From the NCBI RefSeq assembly GCF_036507355.1, contig NZ_AP027877.1: a DNA stretch of 64,000 nt. One strand, given 5' to 3'. The position numbers and the translations under genes are program-made. Below the pieces are notes generated by a model, which did no database searches, was not told where the DNA came from, and saw only the letters and a program-made list of their open reading frames with translations. This DNA is from Escherichia coli (GTDB taxonomy: Bacteria > Pseudomonadota > Gammaproteobacteria > Enterobacterales > Enterobacteriaceae). Below are positions 31,975 to 42,095 of this stretch, piece by piece (the stretch's first letter is position 1; each line of letters starts with the position of its first letter).

Positions 31975-32732
31975 GCTGGCGTCTGGTTTATGCATCCGCT
32001 GTTGGAACGTCGCACATTAGCGCTGATTTACCTTGTCAGGATGCCTGCCAGATGCAGGTTGCCTGGCTAAATGACCAGCAGCCATTACTGGTGATGTTCC
32101 TTGCTGATGGCGCAGGTAGCGTTTCGCAGGGAGGAGAAGGCGCGAAGCTCGCCGTCAATGAAGCGATGGCGTTTATGGTGCAAAAAGTACAGGACGGTGA
32201 ATTGGGGCTTAATGATGTCCTCGCCACAAATATGGTACTGACCATTCGTCAACGACTTTTTGCCGAGGCAGAAGCCAAAGCATTAGCAGTTCGCGATTTT
32301 GCCTGCACGTTTCTGGGATTGATTTCATCGGCTAACGGCACATTGATTATGCAAATTGGCGACGGCGGTGTAGTGGTGGATTTTGGTCACGGTCTGCAAT
32401 TACCGCTTACGCCGATGGTGGGTGAATATGCCAATATGACGCATTTCATTACCGATGAAGATGCCGTTTCCAGACTGGAAACTTTCACCAGCACTGAGCG
32501 TGTGCATAAAGTTGCAGCATTTACGGATGGTATCCAGCGACTGGCGTTAAATATGTTGGATAATTCTCCGCATGTGCCTTTCTTTACCCCTTTTTTCAAT
32601 GGACTGGCGGCAGCAACGCAGGAACAGCTCGATTTATTACCTGAATTGTTAAAGCAGTTTTTGTCCAGCCCGGCGGTAAACGAGCGTACCGATGATGATA
32701 AAACGTTGGCACTGGCGCTGTGGTTACCATGA
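31971..32732 (+). CDS. yegK: PP2C-family Ser/Thr phosphatase YegK
   Basis: 253-aa ORF with PP2C-like motifs (…LADGAGS…DGG…); overlaps yegI start. Confidence 0.8.
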   Translation: MSWRLVYASAVGTSHISADLPCQDACQMQVAWLNDQQPLLVMFLADGAGSVSQGGEGAKLAVNEAMAFMVQKVQDGELGLNDVLATNMVLTIRQRLFAEAEAKALAVRDFACTFLGLISSANGTLIMQIGDGGVVVDFGHGLQLPLTPMVGEYANMTHFITDEDAVSRLETFTSTERVHKVAAFTDGIQRLALNMLDNSPHVPFFTPFFNGLAAATQEQLDLLPELLKQFLSSPAVNERTDDDKTLALALWLP

Positions 32733-34669
32733 AACCCACTTTATATACTGCTACTGGTGAGTGCGTTACGCCAGGCCGTGAACTGGGCAAAGGTGGCGAA
32801 GGCGCGGTTTATGATATCAATGAGTTTGTCGATAGCGTCGCCAAGATTTATCACACGCCGCCACCCGCCTTAAAACAGGACAAACTTGCCTTTATGGCTG
32901 CGACAGCTGACGCGCAGTTGTTGAATTATGTCGCCTGGCCGCAGGCAACGCTTCACGGTGGACGAGACGGAAAAGTTATCGGTTTTATGATGCCAAAAGT
33001 TTCTGGTAAAGAACCGATTCATATGATCTATAGCCCGGCACATCGTCGCCAGAGTTACCCTCATTGTGCGTGGGATTTTCTACTCTATGTTGCGCGCAAT
33101 ATTGCTTCATCTTTTGCTACGGTTCACGAGCACGGGCACGTCGTGGGGGACGTAAACCAGAACAGCTTTATGGTAGGTCGCGACAGCAAAGTGGTGTTGA
33201 TCGATAGTGACTCTTTTCAGATTAACGCCAATGGCACACTGCATTTATGCGAAGTCGGCGTGTCGCATTTTACGCCGCCAGAGCTACAAACCTTGCCATC
33301 ATTTGTCGGTTTTGAACGTACCGCGAATCACGATAATTTTGGCCTTGCGTTGCTGATTTTTCACGTCTTGTTTGGTGGGCGGCATCCTTATTCTGGTGTG
33401 CCGCTTATCTCTGATGCGGGTAATGCGCTGGAGACGGATATTGCCCATTTCCGTTATGCCTACGCGTCAGATAATCAGCGACGTGGTTTAAAACCGCCGC
33501 CACGATCTATTCCGCTGTCGATGTTACCGGGCGATGTTGAAGCCATGTTTCAGCAGGCATTCACGGAAAGTGGCGTGGCAACGGGGCGTCCGACGGCTAA
33601 AGCGTGGGTAGCGGCACTGGACTCTCTACGCCAACAGTTAAAGAAATGTACCGTTTCAGCAATGCATGTTTACCCCGCTCATTTGACTGACTGCCCGTGG
33701 TGTACGCTGGATAATCAAGGCGTTATCTATTTTATTGATCTCGGCGAAGAGGTCATTACCACCGGCGGTGATTTTGTGCTGGCGAAAGTCTGGGCGATGG
33801 TGATGGCGTCAGTAGCGCCGCCAGCATTGCAACTGCCATTACCCGATCATTTCCAACCGACTGGCAGGCCGCTTCCTTTAGGCCTGTTACGGCGCGAATA
33901 CATCATTCTGATTGAGATCGCACTGTCAGCGTTATCGCTGTTGCTTTGCGGCCTTCAGGCAGAACCGAGTTATATTATTTTGGTTCCTGTGCTGGCGGCT
34001 ATCTGGATTATTGGCAGTCTGACAAGCAAAGCGTACAAAGCAGAAGTTCAGCAACGCCGTGAGGCATTTAATCGCGCGAAAATGGACTATGACCATTTAG
34101 TCAGCCAGAGCCAACAGTTGGGCGGGCTGGAAGGTTTTATCGCCAAACGGACGATGCTCGAAAAAATGAAGGACGAAATTCTCGGGTTACCGGAAGAAGA
34201 AAAACGTGCTCTGGCAGCACTTCACGACACTGCAAGGGAACGGCAGAAGCAGAAGTTTCTGGAGGGATTTTTTATTGATGTTGCCTCTATTCCCGGCGTT
34301 GGCCCTGCGCGTAAAGCGGCGTTACGATCTTTTGGTATTGAAACAGCCGCGGATGTTACCCGTCGTGGGGTTAAGCAAGTTAAAGGGTTTGGTGATCATC
34401 TGACCCAGGCGGTTATCGACTGGAAAGCGAGCTGTGAACGCCGTTTTGTGTTCAGGCCGAACGAAGCGGTAACGCCTGCAGACAGACAAGCGGTAATGAC
34501 TAAAATGGCCGCCAAACGACATCGGCTGGAATCGACGTTGACTGTCGGCGCGACAGAGTTGCAGCGATTCCGCCTTCATGCTCCAGCACGGACCATGCCG
34601 TTGATGGAACCGTTACGTCAGGCGGCAGAAAAACTGGCTCAGGCGCAGGCTGATTTAAGCCGTTGCTGA
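32729..34669 (+). CDS. yegI: Eukaryotic-like Ser/Thr protein kinase YegI
   Basis: Kinase-like N-terminal domain (GKGGEGAVY..., HGDVNQNSF..., DSDSF) plus long C-terminal extension; ATG at 32729 (GTG alternative at 32720). Confidence 0.8.
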   Translation: MKPTLYTATGECVTPGRELGKGGEGAVYDINEFVDSVAKIYHTPPPALKQDKLAFMAATADAQLLNYVAWPQATLHGGRDGKVIGFMMPKVSGKEPIHMIYSPAHRRQSYPHCAWDFLLYVARNIASSFATVHEHGHVVGDVNQNSFMVGRDSKVVLIDSDSFQINANGTLHLCEVGVSHFTPPELQTLPSFVGFERTANHDNFGLALLIFHVLFGGRHPYSGVPLISDAGNALETDIAHFRYAYASDNQRRGLKPPPRSIPLSMLPGDVEAMFQQAFTESGVATGRPTAKAWVAALDSLRQQLKKCTVSAMHVYPAHLTDCPWCTLDNQGVIYFIDLGEEVITTGGDFVLAKVWAMVMASVAPPALQLPLPDHFQPTGRPLPLGLLRREYIILIEIALSALSLLLCGLQAEPSYIILVPVLAAIWIIGSLTSKAYKAEVQQRREAFNRAKMDYDHLVSQSQQLGGLEGFIAKRTMLEKMKDEILGLPEEEKRALAALHDTARERQKQKFLEGFFIDVASIPGVGPARKAALRSFGIETAADVTRRGVKQVKGFGDHLTQAVIDWKASCERRFVFRPNEAVTPADRQAVMTKMAAKRHRLESTLTVGATELQRFRLHAPARTMPLMEPLRQAAEKLAQAQADLSRC

Positions 34670-34681
34670 GCCAGTTTTCAA

Positions 34682-36034
34682 TTAACGAAACACCACTTCC
34701 GCCCAGCGTGCTAGCCCGGCGGTGACGGAGCCAAAGTCATCGCCACCTGCAATCGGAATGCCCGGCAACTGTTCTGTCAGCGCTTTTTTAATCAGCGGAG
34801 AACGGGCGCTTCCGCCGGTCAGGTAGATAACGTCCGGTTTTTCCTGGGCGTTATCCAGGGCCAGTTGCACCTGTTCCAGAATCCGCGTCAGTGGCTGGCT
34901 GAGGGCGCTTTCCAGCCCTTGCTGGCTAATCAGCGTAGCCAGTTCATCGCTGATAAACGGCAGTGAGGCGCGGGTTTCCGCTACGCTTGAAAGCGCAATT
35001 TTGCTCTCTTCTGCGCTACGCACCAGGCGATAACTTAAACGCTGACGCCAGACTTTCTGTAACAGGGCCACTTTTTCCGGTTCGCGGGCATCGCGTACCA
35101 GATCGTTAAGCAGACGACCGTTGGCACTACTGTAGAAATCACTCTGCGCAGGAACGTCGTTGATGGCAACCGCATTCCACCACGGCAGAATCGGCAGGGC
35201 GATGCCTTTTTCGGTTTCGCCACCCATACCCAGTAACGGCATCAGGTTTTTAAACGCCAGCGCGATATCCAGATCGTTACCGCCAATACGGCAACCACTG
35301 TGACCCAGCAGGCTGGCTTCACGATCGAGACGCGAACGCCACTGCGGCCCCATCAGCAGCAATGAACAGTCAGTCGTACCACCGCCGATATCCACCACCA
35401 GCACCCGTTTTTCTTCCTGCAAGGAGGCTTCGTAATCCAGCCCAGCCGCGACCGGCTCGTACTGGAATACCACGTCCCTGAATCCGGCACGCTTCGCCGC
35501 GCGTTCCAGAATCCCTTGCGCCTGGGCGTTTGCTTCATCGCCGCCCAGCCCCTGGAAGTTGATCGGGCGACCAATCACCGCCTGAGTAATCGCTTCTGGC
35601 AGCTGCGCCTGCGCCTGCTGGCGAATGTGCAACATCATTGCGCAGACCAGATCCTCAAACAGCGCTACCTGCTGCGGTTTTAAGCCGCTGGCACCGAGGA
35701 ACGATTTTGGTGATTTCACAAACCACACTTCTTCTGGATCATCAATGTACTGTGCCAGTGAGGAAAGACCGAACTGCACGCTTTTCGCCGTAACATCGAT
35801 ATCTTCTTCGCGGTTATAACGAATCGCCCGACGCAACAGCGCCTGCGTTTCATCGTCGTCTGCCGGAACATCATGATGGCGGTACAGCCATTCGCTTACC
35901 GCTTCACGCGTTGGCGCGCAAAGCATTGAAGGCAGCAGCGTGCTGTCGTTTTCCATTTTTAGCAAGTGTGGTTTACCGTCACGCATGACCGCCACTGAAC
36001 AGTTTGCTGTACCGTAATCAAAACCAATAAACAC
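34682..36034 (-). CDS. yegD: Hsp70/actin-fold chaperone-like protein YegD
   Basis: ORF with FIGFDYGTANCSVAV N-terminal ATPase motif; GTG start at 36034 gives 450 aa. Confidence 0.85.
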   Translation of the reverse strand: MFIGFDYGTANCSVAVMRDGKPHLLKMENDSTLLPSMLCAPTREAVSEWLYRHHDVPADDDETQALLRRAIRYNREEDIDVTAKSVQFGLSSLAQYIDDPEEVWFVKSPKSFLGASGLKPQQVALFEDLVCAMMLHIRQQAQAQLPEAITQAVIGRPINFQGLGGDEANAQAQGILERAAKRAGFRDVVFQYEPVAAGLDYEASLQEEKRVLVVDIGGGTTDCSLLLMGPQWRSRLDREASLLGHSGCRIGGNDLDIALAFKNLMPLLGMGGETEKGIALPILPWWNAVAINDVPAQSDFYSSANGRLLNDLVRDAREPEKVALLQKVWRQRLSYRLVRSAEESKIALSSVAETRASLPFISDELATLISQQGLESALSQPLTRILEQVQLALDNAQEKPDVIYLTGGSARSPLIKKALTEQLPGIPIAGGDDFGSVTAGLARWAEVVFR

Positions 36035-36167
36035 GAAATAATCCCCATGCCGGTGAAGAAGGGGCGTGACTTTAGCGAAATGTTGCCGTCGCGACAACCG
36101 GAATATGAAAGCAAAGCGCAGCGTCTGAATAACGTTTATGCTGAAAGCGGATGAATAAGGAGATGCG

Positions 36168-37016
36168 ATGTATACCCTGAACTGGCAGCCGCCGTATGAC
36201 TGGTCGTGGATGTTGGGATTTCTCGCCGCCCGTGCAGTGAGTGGTGTGGAAACGGTCGCTGACGATTATTATGCCCGTAGTCTGGCGGTGGGCGAATATC
36301 GCGGCGTGGTGACTGCTATTCCGGATATAGCCCGCCATACTCTGCACATAAATTTAAGTGCAGATTTAGAACCCGTTGCCGCTGAGTGTCTGGCGAAAAT
36401 GAGCCGCCTGCTTGATCTGCAATGTAACCCGCAGATTGTTAACGGTGCGTTGGGCAAGTTAGGCGCGGCGCGGCCCGGATTGCGTTTACCCGGCAGTGTT
36501 GATGCTTTTGAGCAGGGCGTGCGGGCGATTTTAGGCCAACTGGTGAGCGTGGCGATGGCGGCAAAATTGACTGCCAAAGTGGTACAGCTTTATGGCGAAC
36601 GGCTGGATGATTTTCCGGAGTATATCTGCTTCCCCACGCCTCAGCGGCTGGCAGCAGCAGACCCGCAGGCATTAAAAGCGTTAGGTATGCCGTTGAAACG
36701 GGCAGAGGCGCTGATTCATCTGGCAAATGCGGCGCTGGAGGGCACCTTACCAATGACAATACCGGGCGATGTGGAGCAGGCGATGAAAACGCTGCAAACT
36801 TTTCCGGGTATCGGGCGCTGGACGGCGAATTATTTTGCTTTGCGTGGCTGGCAGGCGAAAGATGTTTTCCTGCCGGATGATTATCTGATTAAACAGCGAT
36901 TTCCGGGAATGACACCGGCGCAAATCCGCCGTTATGCCGAGCGCTGGAAGCCCTGGCGTTCTTATGCGCTGTTGCATATCTGGTATACGGAAGGCTGGCA
37001 ACCAGACGAAGCATGA
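36168..37016 (+). CDS. alkA: 3-methyladenine DNA glycosylase II
   Basis: 282-aa ORF MYTLNWQPPYDWSWMLGFLAARAVSGVE...HhH-GPD fold. Confidence 0.9.
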   Translation: MYTLNWQPPYDWSWMLGFLAARAVSGVETVADDYYARSLAVGEYRGVVTAIPDIARHTLHINLSADLEPVAAECLAKMSRLLDLQCNPQIVNGALGKLGAARPGLRLPGSVDAFEQGVRAILGQLVSVAMAAKLTAKVVQLYGERLDDFPEYICFPTPQRLAAADPQALKALGMPLKRAEALIHLANAALEGTLPMTIPGDVEQAMKTLQTFPGIGRWTANYFALRGWQAKDVFLPDDYLIKQRFPGMTPAQIRRYAERWKPWRSYALLHIWYTEGWQPDEA

Positions 37017-37110
37017 CGTTGGTCGCCGGATGCGGTGCGAGCGCCTTATCCGGCCTGGGGAATGAGCGATTTGTAGGCATGATAAGACGCGTTAGCGTCG
37101 CATCAGACGA
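37017..37110. repeat. REP/BIME element
   Basis: gccggatgcggtg...gccttatccggcc and cgtcttatcatgcctac-type palindromes in alkA-dgcE convergent intergenic region. Confidence 0.6.
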
Positions 37111-37124
37111 TGGGGAAGCACGCC

Positions 37125-40100
37125 TCAGTTAATCGCGAAATAACTACTATTCACCAGCAAATCCAGCGGTTGGGCATCGGCAATCACCTCACCATAAATC
37201 AGATCGACGCCGATGCCAGAAAGCGTATCCATCACTAAGGGTAAAACGACTGGCCCGGCGATGGTTTTCATCCCGAGTCGCTGAGCGTGCCCCTGAATAA
37301 TCGTAATCAGCATCTCATCCATCAAATTACCCTGCACGTTGGCGCATAACTCATCATCGAGTAGCAGGTAATCTGCCATATTCGCTTTCAGCGAGTTGAA
37401 GATTTGTAGATCGCGGCCCACCTGACTGAATATGATCCGACATCCCCCCAGCCGCAGTTTTTGCACGCTTTCTGCGTGATCTAAAATCGCTTCAGCCGGA
37501 ATAATCAGATGTAATAACCGTGGTGGTAGAGGGCTATTTTCCAGCTGCTCAAGCAGGTCATTCACCAGCATGGCGCTACTCAAACCGGCAACGGAAAGGG
37601 GGAGGGCGATGCTTATGCCTTTACTGGCAACCGCTTTTGCGGCCTGCTGGAAAAATTCGTGGAATACCCGGCGGTCAAGAGCATGGCTAAGCGCCGGATC
37701 GCTGAAGCTACGACGAAATGTTTGTTCATCAATAATCTCGCCTTCGCAACTCCAGAGCTTAAGTGAAATCAGCCACAAATTACGCGCTTCCGGGATCCGT
37801 GGCGAAGCGACACCGTGGGCGAGCATCATCAACTGATTCTCTTTAATCATCCGCCACTGTTCATCAAGCGACATCGCCGCCCGTTCGCTATGTGCGGCAG
37901 CTTGCTGCGGTTCGTAAACCGTCACCCGGCCCCGGCCACCATTTTTGGAGGCATAACAGGCGATATCAGCCTGCGACATCACTTCTGCCGCCTGATGATT
38001 GTTGTCATCGATCAAGGTAATCCCGGCGCTGGCACCTACCCGATGTACCCGGCCTTCCCATATAAAGTGATAGTCATTCACAGCACTGATAATACGTGTA
38101 GCGATAAAACGAGCGCTTTCAACATTGCAGTCTGGCAGCAGCAGACCAAATTCATCACCGCCGAGCCGCGCCAGCACGTCACTGGAGCGCAGCATACTCA
38201 GCATCAACGACGCCAGTTCGTGCAGCAAAGCGTCGCCCGCCGCATGCCCGGCGCTGTCATTCACCGCTTTAAAGCGATCAAGATCGATAAACACCAGTGC
38301 ATGTCGCTGATGCGTACTGTTTACCGTTTGCAGCAGGATACGCAGTTGTTTCTCAAAACTGGCGCGGTTGGCGAGATGCGTCAGTGCATCATGGGAGGCG
38401 CTGTAGCTCAGCTGGCGCAGCATTTTGCGTGATTCGGTGACGTCCTGAATCACCAGAACCGAGCCTATATTGCTGCCGTCCAGAGTACTTAACGGCGTAA
38501 TACTGTAATGCACGTCGTAGCTGCCGCCGCTCCGGCAGTGCAATACCACATCTTGTTCAATCGCGGAACGTGAGGTGTCGGCACTGTAAATGTTCTCCAT
38601 TAATGGTCCGTTGTCGCCAAAAGTAATATGCAACACCGTCAGGAGCGGAACACCTAATGCTTCTTCCTGCGTCCAGCCGCTCATCTTCTCCGCCACTGGA
38701 TTCATAAAGGTAATTTTCATCGCCATATCAATACAGACCACGGCTTCACCGATGGAATCAAGCGTAATGTGCAGGCGCTCTTTTTCCTGAAACAATGCCT
38801 CGTTAAGCTGTTTAACCTCGGTCATATCCATATTAATGCCGAGCAGACGTTCGACTTCGCCTTCTTTATTCAGTACCCGGTTGGCGAGGGCGCGGATATG
38901 GCGGATGCCATCTTTCACAGCAATGCGAAATTCCAGCTTAAAGGGCGAGCGTGATTGCAACGAATCACGAATCACTTTTTCGGCGTGTTGGCGATCTTCC
39001 GGCAATACACACTCGTACCACACCTGCCAGTTCGGTTTGATATGCGGAGGAATTTCATATAGCTCGAACATCCGCTTATCCCAGCTAAAAATATTCGGCT
39101 TCAGCTCCCACTCCCAGATGCCAATCCCGCCCGCTTCGTTAGCCAGCGTGATGCGCTCCATCAGTTGCTGATTGACCTGTTCGGTGCGTTTTAGCTCGTT
39201 AATGTCTTCAATCTGAGCGATAAAATAGAGCGGCGTGCCATCCGTGTGGCGCACCAGAGAGACGGCAAGCAACGCCCAGACAACATCGCCATTGCGGTTG
39301 TAGTAACGTTTTTCCATTGAATAAGTGTTTATTTCACCGCTTATCAGCTTTTCAACCTGTTGGAGATCTTTATTGAGATCCTCCGGCCAGGTCAGTTGCT
39401 GAAAGGTGAGTCCGCGCAGCTCTTCCTGACTGTAACCGAGAAACTGGCAGAGTGCTTTGTTGGATTGCAGCCATTGTCCCTCGGTGCCCACTAACGCCAT
39501 GCCGATAGCGGAATATTCCATCGCGTTTCGAAAGCGGGTTTCGCTTTCGGAAATGTGTTTGCGTTCCGCACGAAAGGCATACATCACCATGGTCATGATG
39601 TTGGCGGGCAGCAGGATCAGCAAAAACGGTAGCCACGGCATATGGCTCATCAGGTATGTACGCGGCGTAGCAAGCAGGGAGGGATCCGCGGCCATCATCA
39701 GCGACACCATCATCACCGTGGTAAGGAAGATCAAAAAGGCTTCCATTCGTGGCAGGCGCACGGCGCTCCACATCAACAGCACAATAATGAAAGTAAAAGG
39801 CCACGGCAGATACAGCATCGAAAGCCAGCTTAACGTCAGTGTGATGGCTAACGTGAGCAGCGACTCAAAAAGCAACCGTGGGTTGCGATGGCGCAGCAGA
39901 TAGTGTGGTTTAAATAACAATCCCAGCGGCACCAGTGCCAGAGCGCCGATGGATTCTGACAGTACCCATATCAAAAATGCCCTGAGAGGATCGTCTCCGG
40001 GCGTCAGCAGGACAACCAGAACACCCCCCAACAGAGGTGGAACAATGGCGCTGCCGAGTGCCAGACGCAGCCAGTCAGCCAGATTTTGCAAGGGGTTATA

Positions 40101-40442
40101 CCACGGCAGCAATTTACGTAGCAGCACTGCCCCGACCACGGCTTCAACAATATTGATGGTCGTCCAGGTCATGTTCAGCGAGCTGGTGGAAAAAAGCAGG
40201 ATGGATGCGGCGATATTTCCCAGCGAACAACTCAGCGCAATTCCCGGCCACATGCGCCCGGCATGGCGATAAAACGCCACCATCATGATGGACGTCGGGA
40301 ACCACAGTGGGGCGAGTTGGGTGCCAAACTGCGAAAGCTCAAGCGAGAAAAGGGTAAAGATAAACGAGACTAAACCTAAACTGACCAGGTGAAGCAGCGG
40401 GTGGGGCAGGGCAATTAATACATGCTGTGATTGTTTGCTCAT
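37125..40442 (-). CDS. dgcE: Diguanylate cyclase DgcE (YegE): MASE1-PAS-GGDEF-degenerate EAL
   Basis: 1105-aa ORF; GGDEF motif present (RLGGDEFGLLL); ATG start with RBS. Confidence 0.9.
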   Translation of the reverse strand: MSKQSQHVLIALPHPLLHLVSLGLVSFIFTLFSLELSQFGTQLAPLWFPTSIMMVAFYRHAGRMWPGIALSCSLGNIAASILLFSTSSLNMTWTTINIVEAVVGAVLLRKLLPWYNPLQNLADWLRLALGSAIVPPLLGGVLVVLLTPGDDPLRAFLIWVLSESIGALALVPLGLLFKPHYLLRHRNPRLLFESLLTLAITLTLSWLSMLYLPWPFTFIIVLLMWSAVRLPRMEAFLIFLTTVMMVSLMMAADPSLLATPRTYLMSHMPWLPFLLILLPANIMTMVMYAFRAERKHISESETRFRNAMEYSAIGMALVGTEGQWLQSNKALCQFLGYSQEELRGLTFQQLTWPEDLNKDLQQVEKLISGEINTYSMEKRYYNRNGDVVWALLAVSLVRHTDGTPLYFIAQIEDINELKRTEQVNQQLMERITLANEAGGIGIWEWELKPNIFSWDKRMFELYEIPPHIKPNWQVWYECVLPEDRQHAEKVIRDSLQSRSPFKLEFRIAVKDGIRHIRALANRVLNKEGEVERLLGINMDMTEVKQLNEALFQEKERLHITLDSIGEAVVCIDMAMKITFMNPVAEKMSGWTQEEALGVPLLTVLHITFGDNGPLMENIYSADTSRSAIEQDVVLHCRSGGSYDVHYSITPLSTLDGSNIGSVLVIQDVTESRKMLRQLSYSASHDALTHLANRASFEKQLRILLQTVNSTHQRHALVFIDLDRFKAVNDSAGHAAGDALLHELASLMLSMLRSSDVLARLGGDEFGLLLPDCNVESARFIATRIISAVNDYHFIWEGRVHRVGASAGITLIDDNNHQAAEVMSQADIACYASKNGGRGRVTVYEPQQAAAHSERAAMSLDEQWRMIKENQLMMLAHGVASPRIPEARNLWLISLKLWSCEGEIIDEQTFRRSFSDPALSHALDRRVFHEFFQQAAKAVASKGISIALPLSVAGLSSAMLVNDLLEQLENSPLPPRLLHLIIPAEAILDHAESVQKLRLGGCRIIFSQVGRDLQIFNSLKANMADYLLLDDELCANVQGNLMDEMLITIIQGHAQRLGMKTIAGPVVLPLVMDTLSGIGVDLIYGEVIADAQPLDLLVNSSYFAIN

Positions 40443-40759
40443 TACCGCTTTATCCGCAAGGCCAGGTCGCCAGTATTCGTTTCTGTGTTTATGCTAGTAC
40501 AAAAGTTTTACATTTTATATGCGAATTGCTCATAAAGTGACGTAAAGGCGGATAATTTGCGCAACTGCGTATAACATTTTTTACCTTGTATAAAACTGAT
40601 CAACGTAATTTGCCACCGGGAATTCTTCGTCAACAATTAACTCTGAGCGCGCGGCAACGCTATTCGACTGGTATCAGGCGGATGAAATCCCTATAATTGC
40701 CGCGTTTGGCGCTTCGTCGCCCCCTTCCTAACATCCAGGTTAATCAGGTCGCTAAATAT

Positions 40760-41401
40760 ATGACTGATCAGTCTCATCAGTGCGTCATTATCGGTATCGC
40801 TGGCGCATCGGCTTCCGGCAAGAGTCTTATTGCCAGTACCCTTTATCGTGAATTACGTGAGCAAGTCGGTGATGAACACATCGGCGTAATTCCCGAAGAC
40901 TGCTATTACAAAGATCAAAGCCATCTGTCGATGGAAGAACGCGTTAAGACCAACTACGACCATCCCAGTGCGATGGATCACAGCCTGCTGCTTGAGCATT
41001 TACAAGCGTTGAAACGCGGCTCGGCAATTGACCTGCCGGTTTACAGCTATGTTGAACATACGCGTATGAAAGAAACGGTGACGGTTGAGCCGAAGAAGGT
41101 CATCATTCTCGAAGGCATTTTGTTGCTGACGGATGCACGTTTGCGTGACGAACTTAACTTCTCCATTTTCGTTGATACCCCGCTGGATATCTGCCTGATG
41201 CGCCGCATCAAGCGTGACGTTAACGAGCGTGGGCGTTCAATGGATTCCGTGATGGCGCAATATCAAAAAACCGTGCGCCCGATGTTCCTGCAATTCATTG
41301 AGCCTTCTAAACAATATGCGGACATTATCGTGCCGCGCGGCGGGAAAAACCGCATCGCGATCGATATATTGAAAGCGAAAATAAGTCAGTTCTTTGAATA
41401 A
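40760..41401 (+). CDS. udk: uridine/cytidine kinase
   Basis: P-loop [11 protein letters not shown]; start set at ATG ([12 protein letters not shown]) giving 213 aa. Confidence 0.9.
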
Positions 41402-41492
41402 GCTTGATAAATTGTGTACCGTTCAGTGATAACCTGGTATGCCCTTGACGTAATTGGCGTTAAGGGAGTGATGCGCGAAAGGAGAAAATGCC

Positions 41493-42074
41493 ATGCGTCT
41501 GTGTGACCGAGATATTGAAGCTTGGCTTGATGAAGGCCGTTTGTCGATCAACCCACGTCCGCCAGTGGAGCGTATTAACGGCGCGACGGTGGATGTACGC
41601 CTGGGCAATAAATTTCGTACCTTCCGTGGTCACACGGCAGCGTTTATCGATCTGAGCGGTCCCAAAGATGAAGTGAGCGCCGCGCTTGACCGCGTGATGA
41701 GCGATGAGATCGTTCTCGACGAGGGCGAGGCGTTCTATCTTCACCCAGGAGAGCTGGCGCTGGCGGTGACGCTGGAGTCGGTGACGCTGCCAGCCGATCT
41801 GGTGGGCTGGCTGGACGGGCGTTCCTCTTTGGCGCGTCTGGGGCTGATGGTGCACGTCACCGCGCACCGCATCGATCCGGGCTGGTCTGGCTGCATTGTG
41901 CTGGAGTTCTACAACTCCGGTAAGCTGCCGCTGGCGCTGCGTCCGGGCATGTTAATTGGTGCGCTGAGCTTTGAGCCGCTTTCCGGCCCGGCGGCGCGAC
42001 CTTACAACCGCCGTGAAGATGCGAAATATCGCAACCAGCAGGGCGCGGTAGCCAGCCGAATCGATAAAGACTAA
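41493..42074 (+). CDS. dcd: dCTP deaminase
   Basis: 193-aa [22 protein letters not shown]... Confidence 0.9.
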
Positions 42075-42095
42075 TTCAGGCCCATTGAGGATACC

